Shown in pieces: positions 11,851 through 34,476 of a stretch of 64,000 nucleotides of DNA; position 1 is the first letter of the stretch, and each line of letters starts with the position of its first letter. The stretch is from the NCBI GenBank assembly GCA_033442325.1, contig JAWQFM010000001.1:3204235-3268234 (forward strand), read 5' to 3'. The notes beneath the pieces are model-generated. The model searched no databases, was not told the origin of the DNA, and saw nothing but the letters and a program-made list of their open reading frames with translations. Made by a program: the position numbers and the translations under genes. This DNA is from Salpingoeca rosetta (lineage: Eukaryota > Protista > Choanoflagellata).

Positions 11851-14800
11851 TTAGGCCTCGTCGTCCGCCACTGTTGAGAGAAGATGACGCGACACACAGG
11901 GGAGGTGACAAACAACGTGTAAGCGCCAGTCACCAACAAACGCGCACGCGTTCACATGGAACGCAAGCAAAGGCAACAACATGACACACACACACACACA
12001 CACGCACACACACATCCCGCCTCGGCCCTCTGCCCTCCAATACAGACGAGTGCGACAAACGTACTGTATTCGGACTTGTCGAGGGTGGCGGGCATTTCCG
12101 CAATGTCAACGTCGAAGCGGCCCTGTGTCTTGTTGAGAATCTCAGCCTCCTCGGGCGTGGACACAAAGGTGATGGCGAGACCCTTGGTGCCAAAGCGACC
12201 AGCACGCGCAACCTGAAATGTAACAACCACAACGCCCCCGCGGTGATAACGTGTGGTGAGGCGAACGAAAGCAGACAACGTACACAAAAGCAGACAAGAC
12301 ACACAACGCTCGCAAAGTACAGCGTAATCTCCGAACAGCGTATCAGATCACAGCAGCCCCCGTCGTCGGCTTTGGTAACTTACGCGATGCAGGTATGTGT
12401 CGGTGTCCTCGGGCATGTCGTAGTTAATGACAATGTTGACGCGCTCAATGTCCATGCCGCGGCCGAACACATCCGTGGCCACGAGGATGCGGGCCTTGAA
12501 GCTCTTAAACTCGCGGTAGTTCTCCAGACTGCACACACCAACAGCAACACACACACGCACACACACATGGTCCATAGTTAGCACAAGCGACACACGCACA
12601 CACACACACACACACACATCCGGCCATGCTGGTGGGATCAAAGCAGCGGTCACAAACTCAGGGGCACCATCACCACCAGCCAAGACTGACCGGTGCTCCT
12701 GGCGCATGCCACCGTGGATGGCCTTGACGGGGAAGTTCTCCTGCTCGAGGAGCTTGGCGAGGACGCGGACGCGGGCCTGGGAGCTGAGGAAGATGACAAC
12801 CTGGTTGAACTCAAGCGCATCCAGGAGGTCGAGCAGCTTGCGCGTCTTTTCGTCCTCAGTCAGCTTCACGTAGTACTGCTTCAGGCTGCGAAGCTTGAGC
12901 TTGGCGTCGTCGTCGACGCACACCTCCATTGGCTGTCGTGTTGACGAGAATGTGCCAGTTTGGTGAGTGAGCGAGTTGGGGCGGAGCATGACCCAGGCTC
13001 GTCTGCAGGACGCGCAATGCAGCACACACGCAAACGCACACACACACACACACAGAAGGACAACCACAGACACGCGCGCGTACACGACAAACCCACAAGT
13101 ACAACCACTCCCAAACACACACATACACGTACGTTGTTCATAAACTTGCGGCAGAGGCCACGGGTCTCCTTGTCGAGGGTGGCGGTGAACATCATGACTT
13201 GCTTGTTGCGGGGGCACTTCATGTGAAGGGCCTGCACCTTGCGGCGCATGTCAAGGCCGTCGGAGCCCTTCTCTGTAACGTTGCATACAAAAGGGGGAAT
13301 TGGTGGTGTGAATATGACGGCAAGTTGGCACGAAGGGGGCGAGTGCCAAGACGGCACTGTGATGAGGAACCAGCAGCTACAAAAGGGCAACAGAACGTCA
13401 CAAGGCGTGGACGTGCACCACATCAACATTCCCCATGCACTGATCTTTGCAACAGAGGGCAACGAACCGATGGAGCGGGCGTCGGGCTTGAGAACCTTGT
13501 CGCACTCGTCAATGACAAAGAACTTGACGTTGCCAAGCTTCAGGTGGCCCTCCTCCATGAGATGGTACAGGCGGCCAGGGGTGCCCACAACGACGTGCTG
13601 TAATCAGCAACCAAGGGCAAGGCAAGGCGGTCGGGGGAGTGGGAGGAGGGGTGAGAACATGCGGTGAAGGTGACGCTCATTGGATTGAAGCGCAATGGAT
13701 CAAAGTTGTGCCTCCACCACACAGACAAGCAAGAGCGTCAACCGTACCGGTGGGTTGCGGAGCTTCTCAATGTTGGAGGAAAGCTTGATGCCACCGTAGA
13801 AGACCTCACTGCGGACAGTGGGGCTCATGTGTGCGGCGAAGCGCTCAAACTCCTTGTGGATCTGATCGGCCAGCTCGCGGGCGTGGCAGAGGACGAGGCA
13901 GCTGACCTCGCCATCAACGGGCTTGAGCTGGTCAAGCACGGAGATGACAAAGACGGCAGTCTTACCCATACCACTCTTGGCCTGGCAGATGACGTCTGTG
14001 CCAATCAGCGCCTGAGGGATGCACTCCTGCTGGACTGTTGTGTTGGACACGAACACACGCCGGGGGGGGGAGGGGGTGAGCCACAACAACGCAAAACGAA
14101 GCGAGTGGGGGCAAAGACAGCTGCTGTGGCAGCTGTGGTGTTCAGTCGGCATTACCGAATGCAACGAGCACAACACAGGCGCAACGTAAACAAATACAAA
14201 CCACACACACACACACACGTACCCTCAGAAGGGTGCTCGAAACCGCAGTCGCGGATGGCGCGCAGCAGCTCGGGCTTGAGGGAAAAGTCCTTGAAACCAG
14301 CGCTGTGGAGACCAGAGTAGGAGCCCTTGACGTCCTTTGGCTTCTCGGCCTCGAGGTCGGCAACGGTCGTCTGCTCGACGTCCTCGTCGTAGCCGGTAAG
14401 AACTTCGTCCTCAACCTGGCGAAACGAAGGAAGGAAGGGAGGAAGGCCGAGTCGTTGCGGGATATTCGTGGGTTGTTGATGGTGATAATGGTGTTGTGGA
14501 AGACGGGGAGAAGAGGGTATGTTTGGGTGAGATGAAAAGAGGGACAACATAGATGAGAGAGAAGGGAAAAGATGGAAGCGGAGGGCGGCGTCGAGGCTTG
14601 GATGGTGCCGCCTCGTAGCGAGTGGGGAGAGGGCAGTTCAGTGTTGTGTCAGTGTTGGCATAGCTGGTGCTGTTTCAGTAAACGGTTGCTGATGGCGTCT
14701 TTCTTTCATTCAGCGCGTGCGGGACGTATCGTCTTGCTGTGGTTGGTGTGTGACAGCCAGCAGGTGCGTGCTTGCACGTGAAGGGAAAAAGAACAAGGAC

Positions 14801-15801
14801 ACCAAGAAAGGGAGGATGACGTGCACGTGGTTGTGGCAGCACACGACACGACATGCCAAATGAATGGGGTGCGGGCGGGGGAGGGGAGAGGAGACCGACA
14901 GAGGGTAAGAGAGAAGCAGCAGGCGTGTGTTGGAAAACGGTGCTGTTGTGGTGGTTACTGCGCATGCGCGCACGCCCACGCCGCGCCACACCACGCACAT
15001 TGGCTTTTGAGGCAAGGAGAGGACGAAAGAAGCGACGTGCACTCAATGGACACGGGCCAGCATCGTGACGTCCTCCTCGTCTTGATTGCAGCACCACCAT
15101 GCATGCAAGCATGCCGGTGCGGTACAAAGCCCACGAACAGCGTGTCCAGCAATCGCAACCGCTGAGCCTCACACGGGAGAAAGTGGGAAAACGAAAGAGG
15201 AGAAGCAACGGTTGGTCCCTGCCGTGCGCGAAAGAAGAAAGAAAGCGCTCTGGCACACACAATGCTGGTGCTGTCAAGGGTATGCGTGCAGCTGTCATGG
15301 TGTGGTGACTGTTGATGTTGTGGCTGGTGTTGCGACCGCGACTGGTGCTGTTGAGACCGCTGCTGCCGTGAGGTATATATATATATGCTGTGGCGGTTCA
15401 GCGATTCAACATCGCCATTCAACATGTTGGATGATGCAGGAGGCAGGTGACAAGCTGCTGCCGCGGCCCACCCGTTAAGCCCAATGTAGGCGGGGGGGGG
15501 GGGGGCGTCGCGTTTCAACGGATTGGCACAGCTATCCGCACTCTGGACCGCCGACCAACATTGTCTTCCAACCTCACCATCATCACCACCATCACCGTGG
15601 TCATCAACATCCAACAACCATCAACATCGGTGCTGTGTCCGCGAATCACGGTTTCGCCCGCCGCCCGCGACGAGCAAAGGAGCAACAGAGAGGTACGAAG
15701 AGGAGGAAGAGGGCAGTGCGTGGCGATATCTTTGGAGGAGGAGAAGCGGGGTGCTGCTAGCCCTCATCATGGTTGTCTTCTTCACTTACAACGTCAGCCA
15801 T
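11851..15801 (-). CDS. DDX39: DECD-box RNA helicase UAP56/SUB2
   Basis: [74 protein letters not shown]. Inferred 12-nt first exon 15790-15801 (MADV|GTAAGT) and last exon 11851-11870. Confidence 0.93.
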
Positions 15802-16078
15802 GGTTGGTGTGCTTGGAAGCGGGGGGGGGGGTTGGTGAGGTCGAGTGGTGTCGTCGGGTGTCTTGCGTTGTCTTTGTGTGTGCGTGGTTTGTGGCACTGG
15901 CGGTGGCGGTCGTTCACCTGCACTGGTTGGTTTGCCTTTTGCCTGAGCTTGTTTTGTATCACTGGAGGGCGACTTTTGGTGCTCCAGCAATAGCGGAGAA
16001 ATTTAAAGGTATCATTCACGAAACGCAAGGACTTCCACTGGCAGAGAGACGACAGCCGAAAGTCAAACAAACGAAGAG
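15802..16078. promoter_or_regulatory. Probable bidirectional promoter between UAP56 and ribophorin I
   Basis: 277 bp separate two divergent start codons. Depends on the inferred UAP56 first exon. Confidence 0.5.
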
Positions 16079-16516
16079 ATGTGGCGGAACAGTGGAGTGT
16101 GGGCTGTGCTGGCAGTGGTGCTGGCTGTGGGTGCTGTGGGCACTGGCGCTTCCTTGGTGAACGAGGATGTGACGCGGACCATCAACGCACAAACGCACCT
16201 GACCAACGTGGAGGCCAAGGTGACGGTGAAGAACACCGGATCTGCTGCCGTCCACGCGTACCAAGTCTCGGATGCCAACATTGACGGCGTCCTCGCCTTT
16301 GTCTCCGCCAAGGTGTGATGTCGTCTTGTCTGTGTATTGTGTGTGTGTTCGTGATTGTATTTGTGTGTTTTATGTGTGTGTATTTGCGTGTGTATATTTG
16401 TGTGTATTTGCGTGTGTATACTTGTGTGTGTGTGTATACTTGTGTGTGTTTGTGTCCGTCAAGCTTTTGGGTTGTCAGTGACACAATCATGCCAACACAC
16501 TGTGCAAAACACATCC

Positions 16517-16571
<55 letters not shown>

Positions 16572-19432
16572 CACGCACCACTCACACACAACACTCACGC
16601 ACATTACACATGACACACATGCAGTTTGAGGATAGTGACGATGAGCTGCCCGTGCGTGATGGTGCTGTGCAAGTGAACATCGCTGCCGGCAAGAGTGTGA
16701 ACCTTGTCATCACCCAGGTGTACACCCACGCCCAGAAGCCGTTCCCCACAGAGTAAGTGGGGGTGTTGTGGTGTGTCTTGCGTGCTTATGTGTGTGTCTT
16801 GCATGCTTGTGCGTGTTTGTGTGTATTTGGCTTGTTTGTGTGCTTGTGTGTGTGTGTTGGTGGGCGGAATACTGCAGGGTGTTAACTATGTTTGGTTGGG
16901 TGTTGGTATTACACTGCTGCGCCCTGCATCTGTGCTTTGGGATTTCGGCGACACCTCACAATGCTGTGCCACCACCACACGCCAACTGCATGGCTTGGGT
17001 CATGCAGGATTCATCAGAAGGACGATCAGCTTGTCAAGTTCACTGGAAACCTGTACTTTGCCTCCGAGTATCCCACCACAACGCAGAAGACGTCCGTTGT
17101 GGTGCCGGGCCGTCTCGAGTCGTTTACAAAGGTGCGTGCCTATGTGTTGTGTGCGTGTATGTGTTGTGCGTGCCTATGTGTTGTGTGTGTGTGTGCGTGT
17201 GTGTGTGTTGTGCGTGTGCGTGTGTGTGCTGTTCAACACACAAGAAGCGATTCCTGTGTTACTGTGCATGAATGTGAGCAACGGTGTCAGCAAGACCCCT
17301 GGCGCTGACTCTTTCAACAACTCACTCCTCTTGCTTCCCAAACCCGTTCATTTACCGCGACCAAAAATCACTCCTCACCACAATCACAACCACACACACA
17401 CACACGCGCACACACATCCACGTGCAGTCCAAGCCGTACTCCAACAAGGGCCAGGAGCTGTCGTATGGCCCATACACGGATGTGAAGGCCAACGCACACA
17501 AGGACCTCAGCGTGCACTTTGAGAGTTACACGCCGTTCCTGACCGTGACCAAGTTGGTCCGCGAAGTGACCGTGTCGCACTGGGGCTACGCGTCCATCTC
17601 CGAGGACATCACCATCGTCCATTCCGGCGCCAAGCTTGTGGTGTGTGTGTGTGTTCGTGTTGGTGAGAGTGAGTGAGACAGTGAGACAGTGATACAGTGA
17701 GACAGTGGGAGAGATGGAGGTGCTTGGGATTGGGGGATTTTAGTATCGATGGTGGGTGAACACATGATCATGTGAATGAGAACATGAAGCGGGTGTGCGC
17801 GCGGGGTTTTGTGGAGACAGCATTTTCGTCGCATCTTTGGTTTGCTGGTGTCCTGATATTCACACCCACGCACACACCAGGGGGAGTTTTCGCGCCTTGA
17901 TCTGCAGCGGGATCCGCGTGCTGGGCGGACAGCGCTGCGGTCGTTCACGACGCGTCTGCCGGCAGCGGCTTCCGGTGTCAACTACCGTGACGTCATTGGC
18001 AACATCTCCACAAGCAACCTCCGCGTATGTTGCGTGTCCTCGCATTTGCTGCATTTTGCGTTGTGCGTTGTGCTGCTGTTTGCACCGTGCTGTGCATTGT
18101 GCTTTTTTTTTCTCTTGGCCTCACGATGCATGCGTGACTGTTGTTATTCTGGCGTCGTTGTGTTTTGGCAGGAGGAGGAGGATGCGGTGATCGTTGAGAT
18201 CCAGCCCCGTTTCCCGCTGTTTGGCGGCTGGAAGACGCAGTACTCGCTCGCGTACGACGTTCCATCCGGCGAGATTCTCAGCACTGAGGGCTCCACCTAC
18301 GTCATGTCCACCCGCTTTGTGGTACGTGCATGCGTGCATGTGTGTGTGTGTGTGCATGCGTGTGTGTGTGTGTGCAGTGTTGGTTTCATCCCGTAGCGCA
18401 CTCCATCGGTACATCATCGTGTGCGCTCTCCATCGGTACATCATCGTGCGCGCTCTCCCATCTGCATATCCCTCTCCGCACCTCCCCCCTCTCTCCATCT
18501 GCATCTCTCTATGCCTGCCTGTTTCTCACCTTGAGAGCACCTTCAACCTTCCAATCTCTCCTTGTGCAAACACTCCTCCCCCCTTTCGCTCCCAATGCCA
18601 CGCCTTCGCCACGCCAGGGCCACGTGTTTGACAACCAGGTTGTTGATGAGGCCGAGGTGCGCGTTGTCCTTCCAGAGGGCGCCGCTGACGTGCAGGTCAA
18701 CACCCCGTTCCCCGTCGACGAGCAGTCTGAAGACGTACGCTGCTTTGCCCCTGCTTCCTGCGGTGTTGTGTGCGTTTGTACACGTGTGTACNNNNNNNNN
18801 NNNNNNNNNNNNNNNNNNNNNNNNNNNNNNNNNNNNNNNNNNNNNNNNNNNNNNNNNNNNNNNNNNNNNNNNNNNNNNNNNNNNNNNNNNNTGCGCTGTT
18901 GCCTGGTATTGTTTTGACTGACAGGTGAAGGTGACGTACTTTGACACGACCGGCCGCTCCGTCATTGTTCTCAAGAAGGCAAACCTGGTCGAGGAGCACA
19001 TGCAGGTCAGAACGTGTACATGTGTGTTCGTGAGTGCATCTGTGTTTGTGTCTGTGTGTCTGTGTCTGTGTCTGTGTGTCTGCGTCTGTGTGTCTGTGTC
19101 TGTGTACCTGTATGTGCCCATGCATATATGTGTGCGTCAGCTGAGCGTGCTTGTTGTGTCCCCGTAATGTCTCCCCGCTCGCATGTCGTTGATGCATCCA
19201 CTCACCTCGCACCATCCTACACCACCATCGCCCACCACCTTGCAACCCTGCCCTCTTCCGCCATCAACTCCAGGACTTTACTGTGTCGTACACGATGCCT
19301 GCCGGCTCGACTGTGCGCGAGCCGCTCATGGCTGTTGCCTTCTTCTTTGCCCTCTTTGTCGTCGCCATTGTTCTCAACCGCGTCAGCCTCAGCATCGCCC
19401 CTGACGTGCAGGCCGACAAGAAGAAGCAGTAA
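16079..19432 (+). CDS. RPN1: Ribophorin I / OST1 oligosaccharyltransferase subunit
   Basis: Signal peptide; LSYGPY, VSHWG..SEDITIVHSGAKL, YRDVIGNISTS, PRFPLFGGWKT, VVLPEGA, TYFDTTGR motifs; C-terminal TM helix ending ADKKKQ* (dilysine ER-retrieval signal). Confidence 0.93.
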
Positions 19433-19591
19433 ACCTGTTCCCACTCTGATGAGACATGAATGCACCAGCTGAACGAGCAGGTGGAGGTGGGAAGAAGGGA
19501 GGCGGGGGCAGGCGCATTGCCGAAAAGGGTTGACAGAGCAGGCAGTTGAGCCACATTAGCTGACAGGCCATCACTCCACAGTCAAGTTCCC

Positions 19592-19640
<49 letters not shown>

Positions 19641-19643
19641 GCG

Positions 19644-19681
<38 letters not shown>

Positions 19682-19684
<3 letters not shown>

Positions 19685-19843
19685 GTACATCACACGGTGA
19701 CTCAAAGTGTGTCAAAGGGAAGCAAACGCGAGTTAGTTTCCACACGGGCAAAACAACGAAAGTGTGTACATCACACGGTGACTCAAAGTGTCTCAAAGGG
19801 AAGCAAACGCGAGTAAGTTTCCACACGGGCAAAACAACGAAAG
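19682..19843. repeat. 81-bp tandem duplication (2 copies, 2 mismatches)
   Basis: TGTGTACATCACACGGTGACTCAAAG...CAACGAAAG at 19682 and 19763, followed by a decayed partial copy. Confidence 0.9.
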
Positions 19844-20792
19844 GGTGCACGGGATTGTCAAGGAAGCACGCAGGTTCAAGACACAGGCATTCGACACAAC
19901 AGGACAACACAGCCACACAAGTGTTGAATCACATCACAACAAACAGCATCTAATCAACATGTGCCAAATGGTGGCAGCGAACAACNNNNNNNNNNNNNNN
20001 NNNNNNNNNNNNNNNNNNNNNNNNNNNNNNNNNNNNNNNNNNNNNNNNNNNNNNNNNNNNNNNNNNNNNNNNNNNNNNNNNNNNNNNNNNNNNNNNNNNN
20101 NNNNNNNNNNNNNNNNNNNNNNNNNNNNNNNNNNNNNNNNNNNNNNNNNNNNNNNNNNNNNNNNNNNNNNNNNNNNNNNNNNNNNNNNNNNNNNNNNNNN
20201 NNNNNNNNNNNNNNNNNNNNNNNNNNNNNNNNNNNNNNNNNNNNNNNNNNNNNNNNNNNNNNNNNNNNNNNNNTTCCCCTCTTTTTTTCTTTTCTCCACC
20301 CCACGTGGTGTAAGGGTAAAACTGGGCTCGGAGGCCAAAGGGCAGATTTGACTTCCCCAGCCTCTGGAGGACGGCCAAAAAATGTCTCGTGGGTTCTTTC
20401 GCCGGCCTTGGCGTTTGTGTGTGTTAGAGTGGGCATCCACACACTGCACAAGGGGTGGAAGGCTTTCTGGCATCTTTTCCCGTGGGCTCTGGCCGAGTGT
20501 GAGTGTAATTGAGAGTGTTTGTTTGAGTGTCTGTGTGTTGGGGGGGGGGGGGAGGGTCACAGGGAGGCAAGTGGAAAGGTTGGCTGTTGAGTGGCTAATG
20601 TTGGCTGTTGTCACAGCTCCGTTGCTCGAATGGCTGTGACACATTACACACACACACACACACACATGAACACACACACATGAACACATGAACACCGCTA
20701 ATGCCACTAATACCACAAATTCGCACACACACACACACACAACCACACACAACCACACGCAAACACACAATACAAATGCCCTTCTTTGACAG

Positions 20793-24953
<4,161 letters not shown>

Positions 24954-25450
24954 TTCGGTTCGACTCGGGCTGTTTATCGCGTGATGCACAACGCCTCCAC
25001 TCGTGTCTTCTTCGACATGTGCATGTGTCAGTTTGTGAGTGCATGAGTGAGAGTGGATGTGTGTGTGTGTGTGCGTATGTGCTCTGTTGCGCTTTGCTTT
25101 GTTGCTTGTTTGCTTTGTTTCGCGTGTTGGCTGCTTGTGCGTGGTGGTGCAGCCAGGAGCACTGCAATGGTGCTTTCTGCTATCACAACACGATGCATGG
25201 GGATGATTGGTTGGTTTTATTGTTGCGCGTACACGCGCGTGCTGGAAAAGGAAAGACGAACACAAACTGCCAAAAGGCTGGAAAACGGAAATGATGACGC
25301 GTGTCGTGGTGGTGGCGTGTGTGTGTGTGTGAATACATGTGGCGTCTATGTGTGCGTGTGCATGTGTGTGTGCGTGTGTGCATGTGTGTGTGCGTGTGTG
25401 CATGTGGGCGTCTACGTGTGTGTTTGTGTGTGTGTGTGTGTGTGTGTCGG

Positions 25451-25678
25451 TTAGAAAGCGAGCATGGAGAGCGCGATGAGAGCGGCAACGACGACGACGG
25501 CAGAGACGCGCGTGTGTTCAGCGCCGCTGGACACCGACTTGGAGCAGCTGCGGCACGCCTGGTCGATGCAACATGGCATGGCGTCATGATGGTGGCACCC
25601 GAGTACGCAAAAGGGTGAGCGTGAGCAATGACAGGACAACCGTGCAGGGAAGCAGGCAGGCACATGACGTACACATAC

Positions 25679-25741
<63 letters not shown>

Positions 25742-27770
25742 ACACACACACACACACAGACACACACACACACACCCACGCACACACACACACCCACACA
25801 CCCACACACACACACACACATACACACACACACACATACACATACACACAGACGCACACGCACGCACACAATCACACACCAACAAACACGAGGCGTCACA
25901 CACCTCGTCTGTGTATGAGGAGCGGCTGTTGCCAAAATGGGAGTGCGTCTCTTCCGTTGCTGGGATGCTTGGCGGCGTGTAGATGTTGTTGTCGTCGACA
26001 CACGGCAGGTTGGTGGTGGTGGAACACCCGTCCAGCTCATCCGCGTCGCACAGGCGGTCGTTCTCCGTGTACTGCGATGGGAACCCGCTCGTCGAGTAGT
26101 CTGTGGTGCGGATGGCGCCAAGCTCGCACCGGTCGAGGGTGATGGTCGGGCACGTGTTTGAGCGCTGCACGAGCGCATCGAGCAAGTCCTCGTAGTCGAC
26201 AGCAACATCCTGCAGGTCGGAGGCGAGGATGTCAATGCCAATGACGCCAATCAGCCGCGCGGGGGAGAAGCGCGTGTCGTACACGGCCTTGGACGCCGTC
26301 GTCAGCTGTGGAGGGGGAGCATGGTGGTGGTGGTGGTGGATTGAGATGAGGGTGCAGGCTTCTTTGTGGCATGTGATCGCGAAAGCAACACGACACACTT
26401 TTACACAGACACAGACTGACAAGGCAGACAAGCAGACGGACAAGGCAGACAGACACAGACACACACGGACACAGACACGAACACAGACACACACACGAAC
26501 ACACACACACACGGACACACACACACACACACACGGCAACAACAACAGCCACAAGACAGAGGGACGGACCACGCCAGCGCCGGAAGCATCCTCGTAGGGC
26601 TCGACCCAGACAACGGGGGATGAGGTGGTGGCGCGCAGCGACGCAAAGTAGTCGTAGTAGTTGCCCATCTGCTGGCGGAGGTTGATGTTGTACTCCACAG
26701 GCGACCACGTGCCATTGTGGTTGCAGGCGAGTGCCTTTGGAATCGTCTCGTCAGCGCCGGTGCCAAACGAGAACGTGAACAGCACGGCGCGCTTGCCAAC
26801 AGCGGCCTCCAGCGCATCTTGCTCATCGTCCACAAAGTCGAGGAACGCGTTGCCCTCCAGGCCGGCCGTGATCATGCCGTCAGTCATGAAGAGGATGGCC
26901 GTGTGGCAGTTGGACGTGCGCTCGCCCGTCTGTTTCAGCACGCTGAAGGCGACCTGGAATGCAGACTCAAAGTTGGTGCTGCCGTCTGGGTTGAAGTTGG
27001 CAAGGAGCGTGCGGAGCGTGCCCACGTTGTCTGCGGTGGCCTGGACCAGCGAGCCGCATGGAATGGTGGTGCCACACACCTACCGAGCGGGAGTGGGTTT
27101 GTGGGATGGAGGGGGAGGGAGGAGTGAGTGAAGGAAGCAAGGAGTTTGGACCATTGCCTTTGACGGAGTGCAAAGGAAAACGCTCAAATCAATTCAGACA
27201 CGGGACATGCGACAACACCCACCCACAGACCCACCACACACATACAGGCATAAACACACACACACAAGCACACACACAAATACACGCATAAACACACACA
27301 CAAGCACACACATACACACACACGCACGACAAAACACTCAAGTCAACCTGGCTGGCGGAGGTGTCAAAGACGACGATGGCGACAAAGTCTGCAATGGTGA
27401 GCGTCTCGAGAACAGTTTCTGCTGCGTCCATGGCTGTCTCCCAGCGGTTGTTCGTCGCCATGGATCCAGACCGGTCAAGCACAATCACAATGTCCTTTGG
27501 CCCGCTCGTCGCGGCCACATACCACGGCCGCAGGCGTGGGTCGTCTGTGTTGTGGGTGGGTGGACGTGTGTTAGTTTGTGTGTGTGTGTTAGTTTGTGTT
27601 GTGGGTGGGTGGTTGTGTGTGTTGTGGTGTGTGTTGTGTGTTGTGTGCGTGCGTGCGTGCGTGCGTGCGTGTGGGTCGTGTGTGTGTATGTGTGTGCGTG
27701 CGCGTGTTGGTGGGTGCTTTGTGCATCACATCCGTTCCGCGTGTCACGAACACAGGAGCAAACCAACAAA

Positions 27771-27820
<50 letters not shown>

Positions 27821-27860
27821 AGACACACACACACACACACAGACACACACACACACACAG

Positions 27861-27897
<37 letters not shown>

Positions 27898-28675
27898 CAA
27901 AAAGACCGCCTTCTTCGGCCGCGTACATGCGTTGCAGTCTTGCTGTGGGACGCCGGGGTAAATACGGTAGAAGCCACTGCTGGTTCCGACGTACTGCCAT
28001 TTGGTGGCCGTATCTGTGTTCTCCGACGTGCCACCGTTGATGGAGATGAAGGTGTTGTCGAGCTGGCGGGTCCAGCACGCTTCCTGACGCACATCATCGT
28101 CAAACGGCGTGGAGGCAGTGCGCATGACCGAGCTGGAAAAGTCCAGGCGGCGGTTCTCCGTCTTTGAGCGGCAGCCGCCAAACGTTGAGGCGCAGGTTGA
28201 TGTTAGGAGCTCAGACTCACATGCCGCCACATCCGACGCGCAGCTTGCCTGCATGGGAATAGCAAGTGGGCCAAAAGGCAAAGGGGACAGCGCATGTGTG
28301 ACAAGTGAGTCGTGGTTGAAGAAAATGTAACGACACACCGTTGGGTCCATGCACGCGTACACACATAAGCATACACACACACACACACAGCCTCACGCAC
28401 ACACACACACACACATGCACAACCTTACGCACGCACACACACACACATGCACATGTACAAGCTCACACGCATGCATACGCTCAAACGCATGCACGCACCG
28501 AGCCGCAGTAAGCGTCGTCGTACAATCCACGAAGAGCCGTTGCAAGCTGTTCCACTTCCTGTTCACGCGCTTGAAGGAGGTTCAACAGCGTGGTTTGGCC
28601 ATGCACGTCCACGGCCACCATCAAGACAACAGTGGCTGTGCACAGGGCCAAGCCCGCAGCTGCTACCGCGCGCAT
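25451..28675 (-). CDS. alpha2delta/CACHD1-like VWA + dCache membrane- or GPI-anchored protein
   Basis: Signal peptide (MRAVAAAGLALC..); WQYVGTSSGFYRIYPG, YDPRLRPWY..SGPKDIVIVLDRSGSM (MIDAS DxSxS), ILFMTDG, WVEPYEDASG, LIGVIGIDI; hydrophobic C-terminal tail. Confidence 0.88.
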
Positions 28676-29237
28676 GATCCGTCACTGCTGCTGGGAGGCA
28701 AGGCGAGCAGCAAAGCAAGGAACGAAGCACCGATGCAACAAGACAGCAACAAGGAGGAGAACAAGTGGGTGTGGTGTGGCTGCAGTTTGGATCCGTGCAT
28801 GGGGTGTTGGTTACGTCTTGCGTGAGCGAAAATGTATCGAAGATTATGCAATAAATCGGCAACCACTGGGAGGGCGAGTGATGAGTCAGCAACAACTGGC
28901 AGGACTCTGCTCGCTCGGCAAACACAAACAACACCAGAAGCATCACGGAAGCACTGAGTGTTGTCTGTTGTGGTGAAGGACTACTTCCCCTTCCTATCTT
29001 GCCTTTCCTGGCCTGCCTATTTCTGGTTGTGCGTCCTCTAACCCCGCAACACACAGCAGCACAATCACGAAGCAGTCGAGTAGCGCGATTTATTCTCAAC
29101 AGCAGAGCAGAGGCGGAGATGAGGGGGGCAATCGCACACACGCATGCACACACACACGCACGCATGTGTGTACAGACACACAAACAAACACACATGCACG
29201 CATACTTGTTCCTCACTGTGCCCCTCGCTCCCCTCTT

Positions 29238-33738
<4,501 letters not shown>

Positions 33739-34476
33739 CGTTGTGTGTCTGCAACGTGCTGGCTGTCCTCTCCACCCCCCAAACGCCAAACGCAACCACC
33801 TGTCAAACTTGACACCACCAAAAACACACGCACTCTCTGTAAGCACAAAGCACAAAGCACAGAACGCAGCGTGCGTCATTTCGCCTTGCATCAACCAACC
33901 TCCGACAACGACCTGACCTGCACTCCACACGCGCTTATCAACGAGTGAGCCAACCCACGCGCCCAACAGCCATCATGAGGTACATTGAGCACGCATGCGC
34001 ATATATGTGTGTGTGTGCATGTGTGTGTGCATGTGTGTGTGCGTGTGTGTGTGTGTGTGTGTGTGGTGTTGTGTTGTTCATGTCGCCACCACCATACACC
34101 CTTCTTTCTGTCTCTGGTTGGCGTGCTGCTTACGGCGATTGTGATCGTAACAGTAACATTAATGGTGTGGTGTGTTAATGTGTGGTGTGTGGTGATCTTT
34201 GACAATCAGTGTGGTCGTGAAGTTGGTGCCACACCATGTCGGGAGGGCGGTGATGGCACACAGGCGGCTGGCATGCTCGGTGCGCCGCCTGTCTCATCCT
34301 TGTTCCCGCCGCACACCAGCCATACCCACAACGTATACCTTCCTCATCCCTTTCTTTTTTTTTCTCGTCAAGATCGTCGTGACCTTCGTTGTGACTCCTA
34401 CCCAATAACTTGCCTTCCTTCTAACTTTCAGCAACCCTCACCTCACCACACGGCCCCTCGACACCTCATCTGTACG

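Noticed and set aside
13359-13443. C/D-box-like GTGATGA...CTGA in a UAP56 intron
   Set aside because: It is on the strand opposite to the host transcript and overlaps the exon edge.
15447-16160. Plus-strand ORFs (237 aa, 156 aa) upstream of RPN1
   Set aside because: No recognisable motifs; they overlap the UAP56 first exon/intron and the shared promoter.
19682-19843. Possible CRISPR array
   Set aside because: Contiguous tandem units with no unique spacers, in a eukaryotic context with no cas genes.
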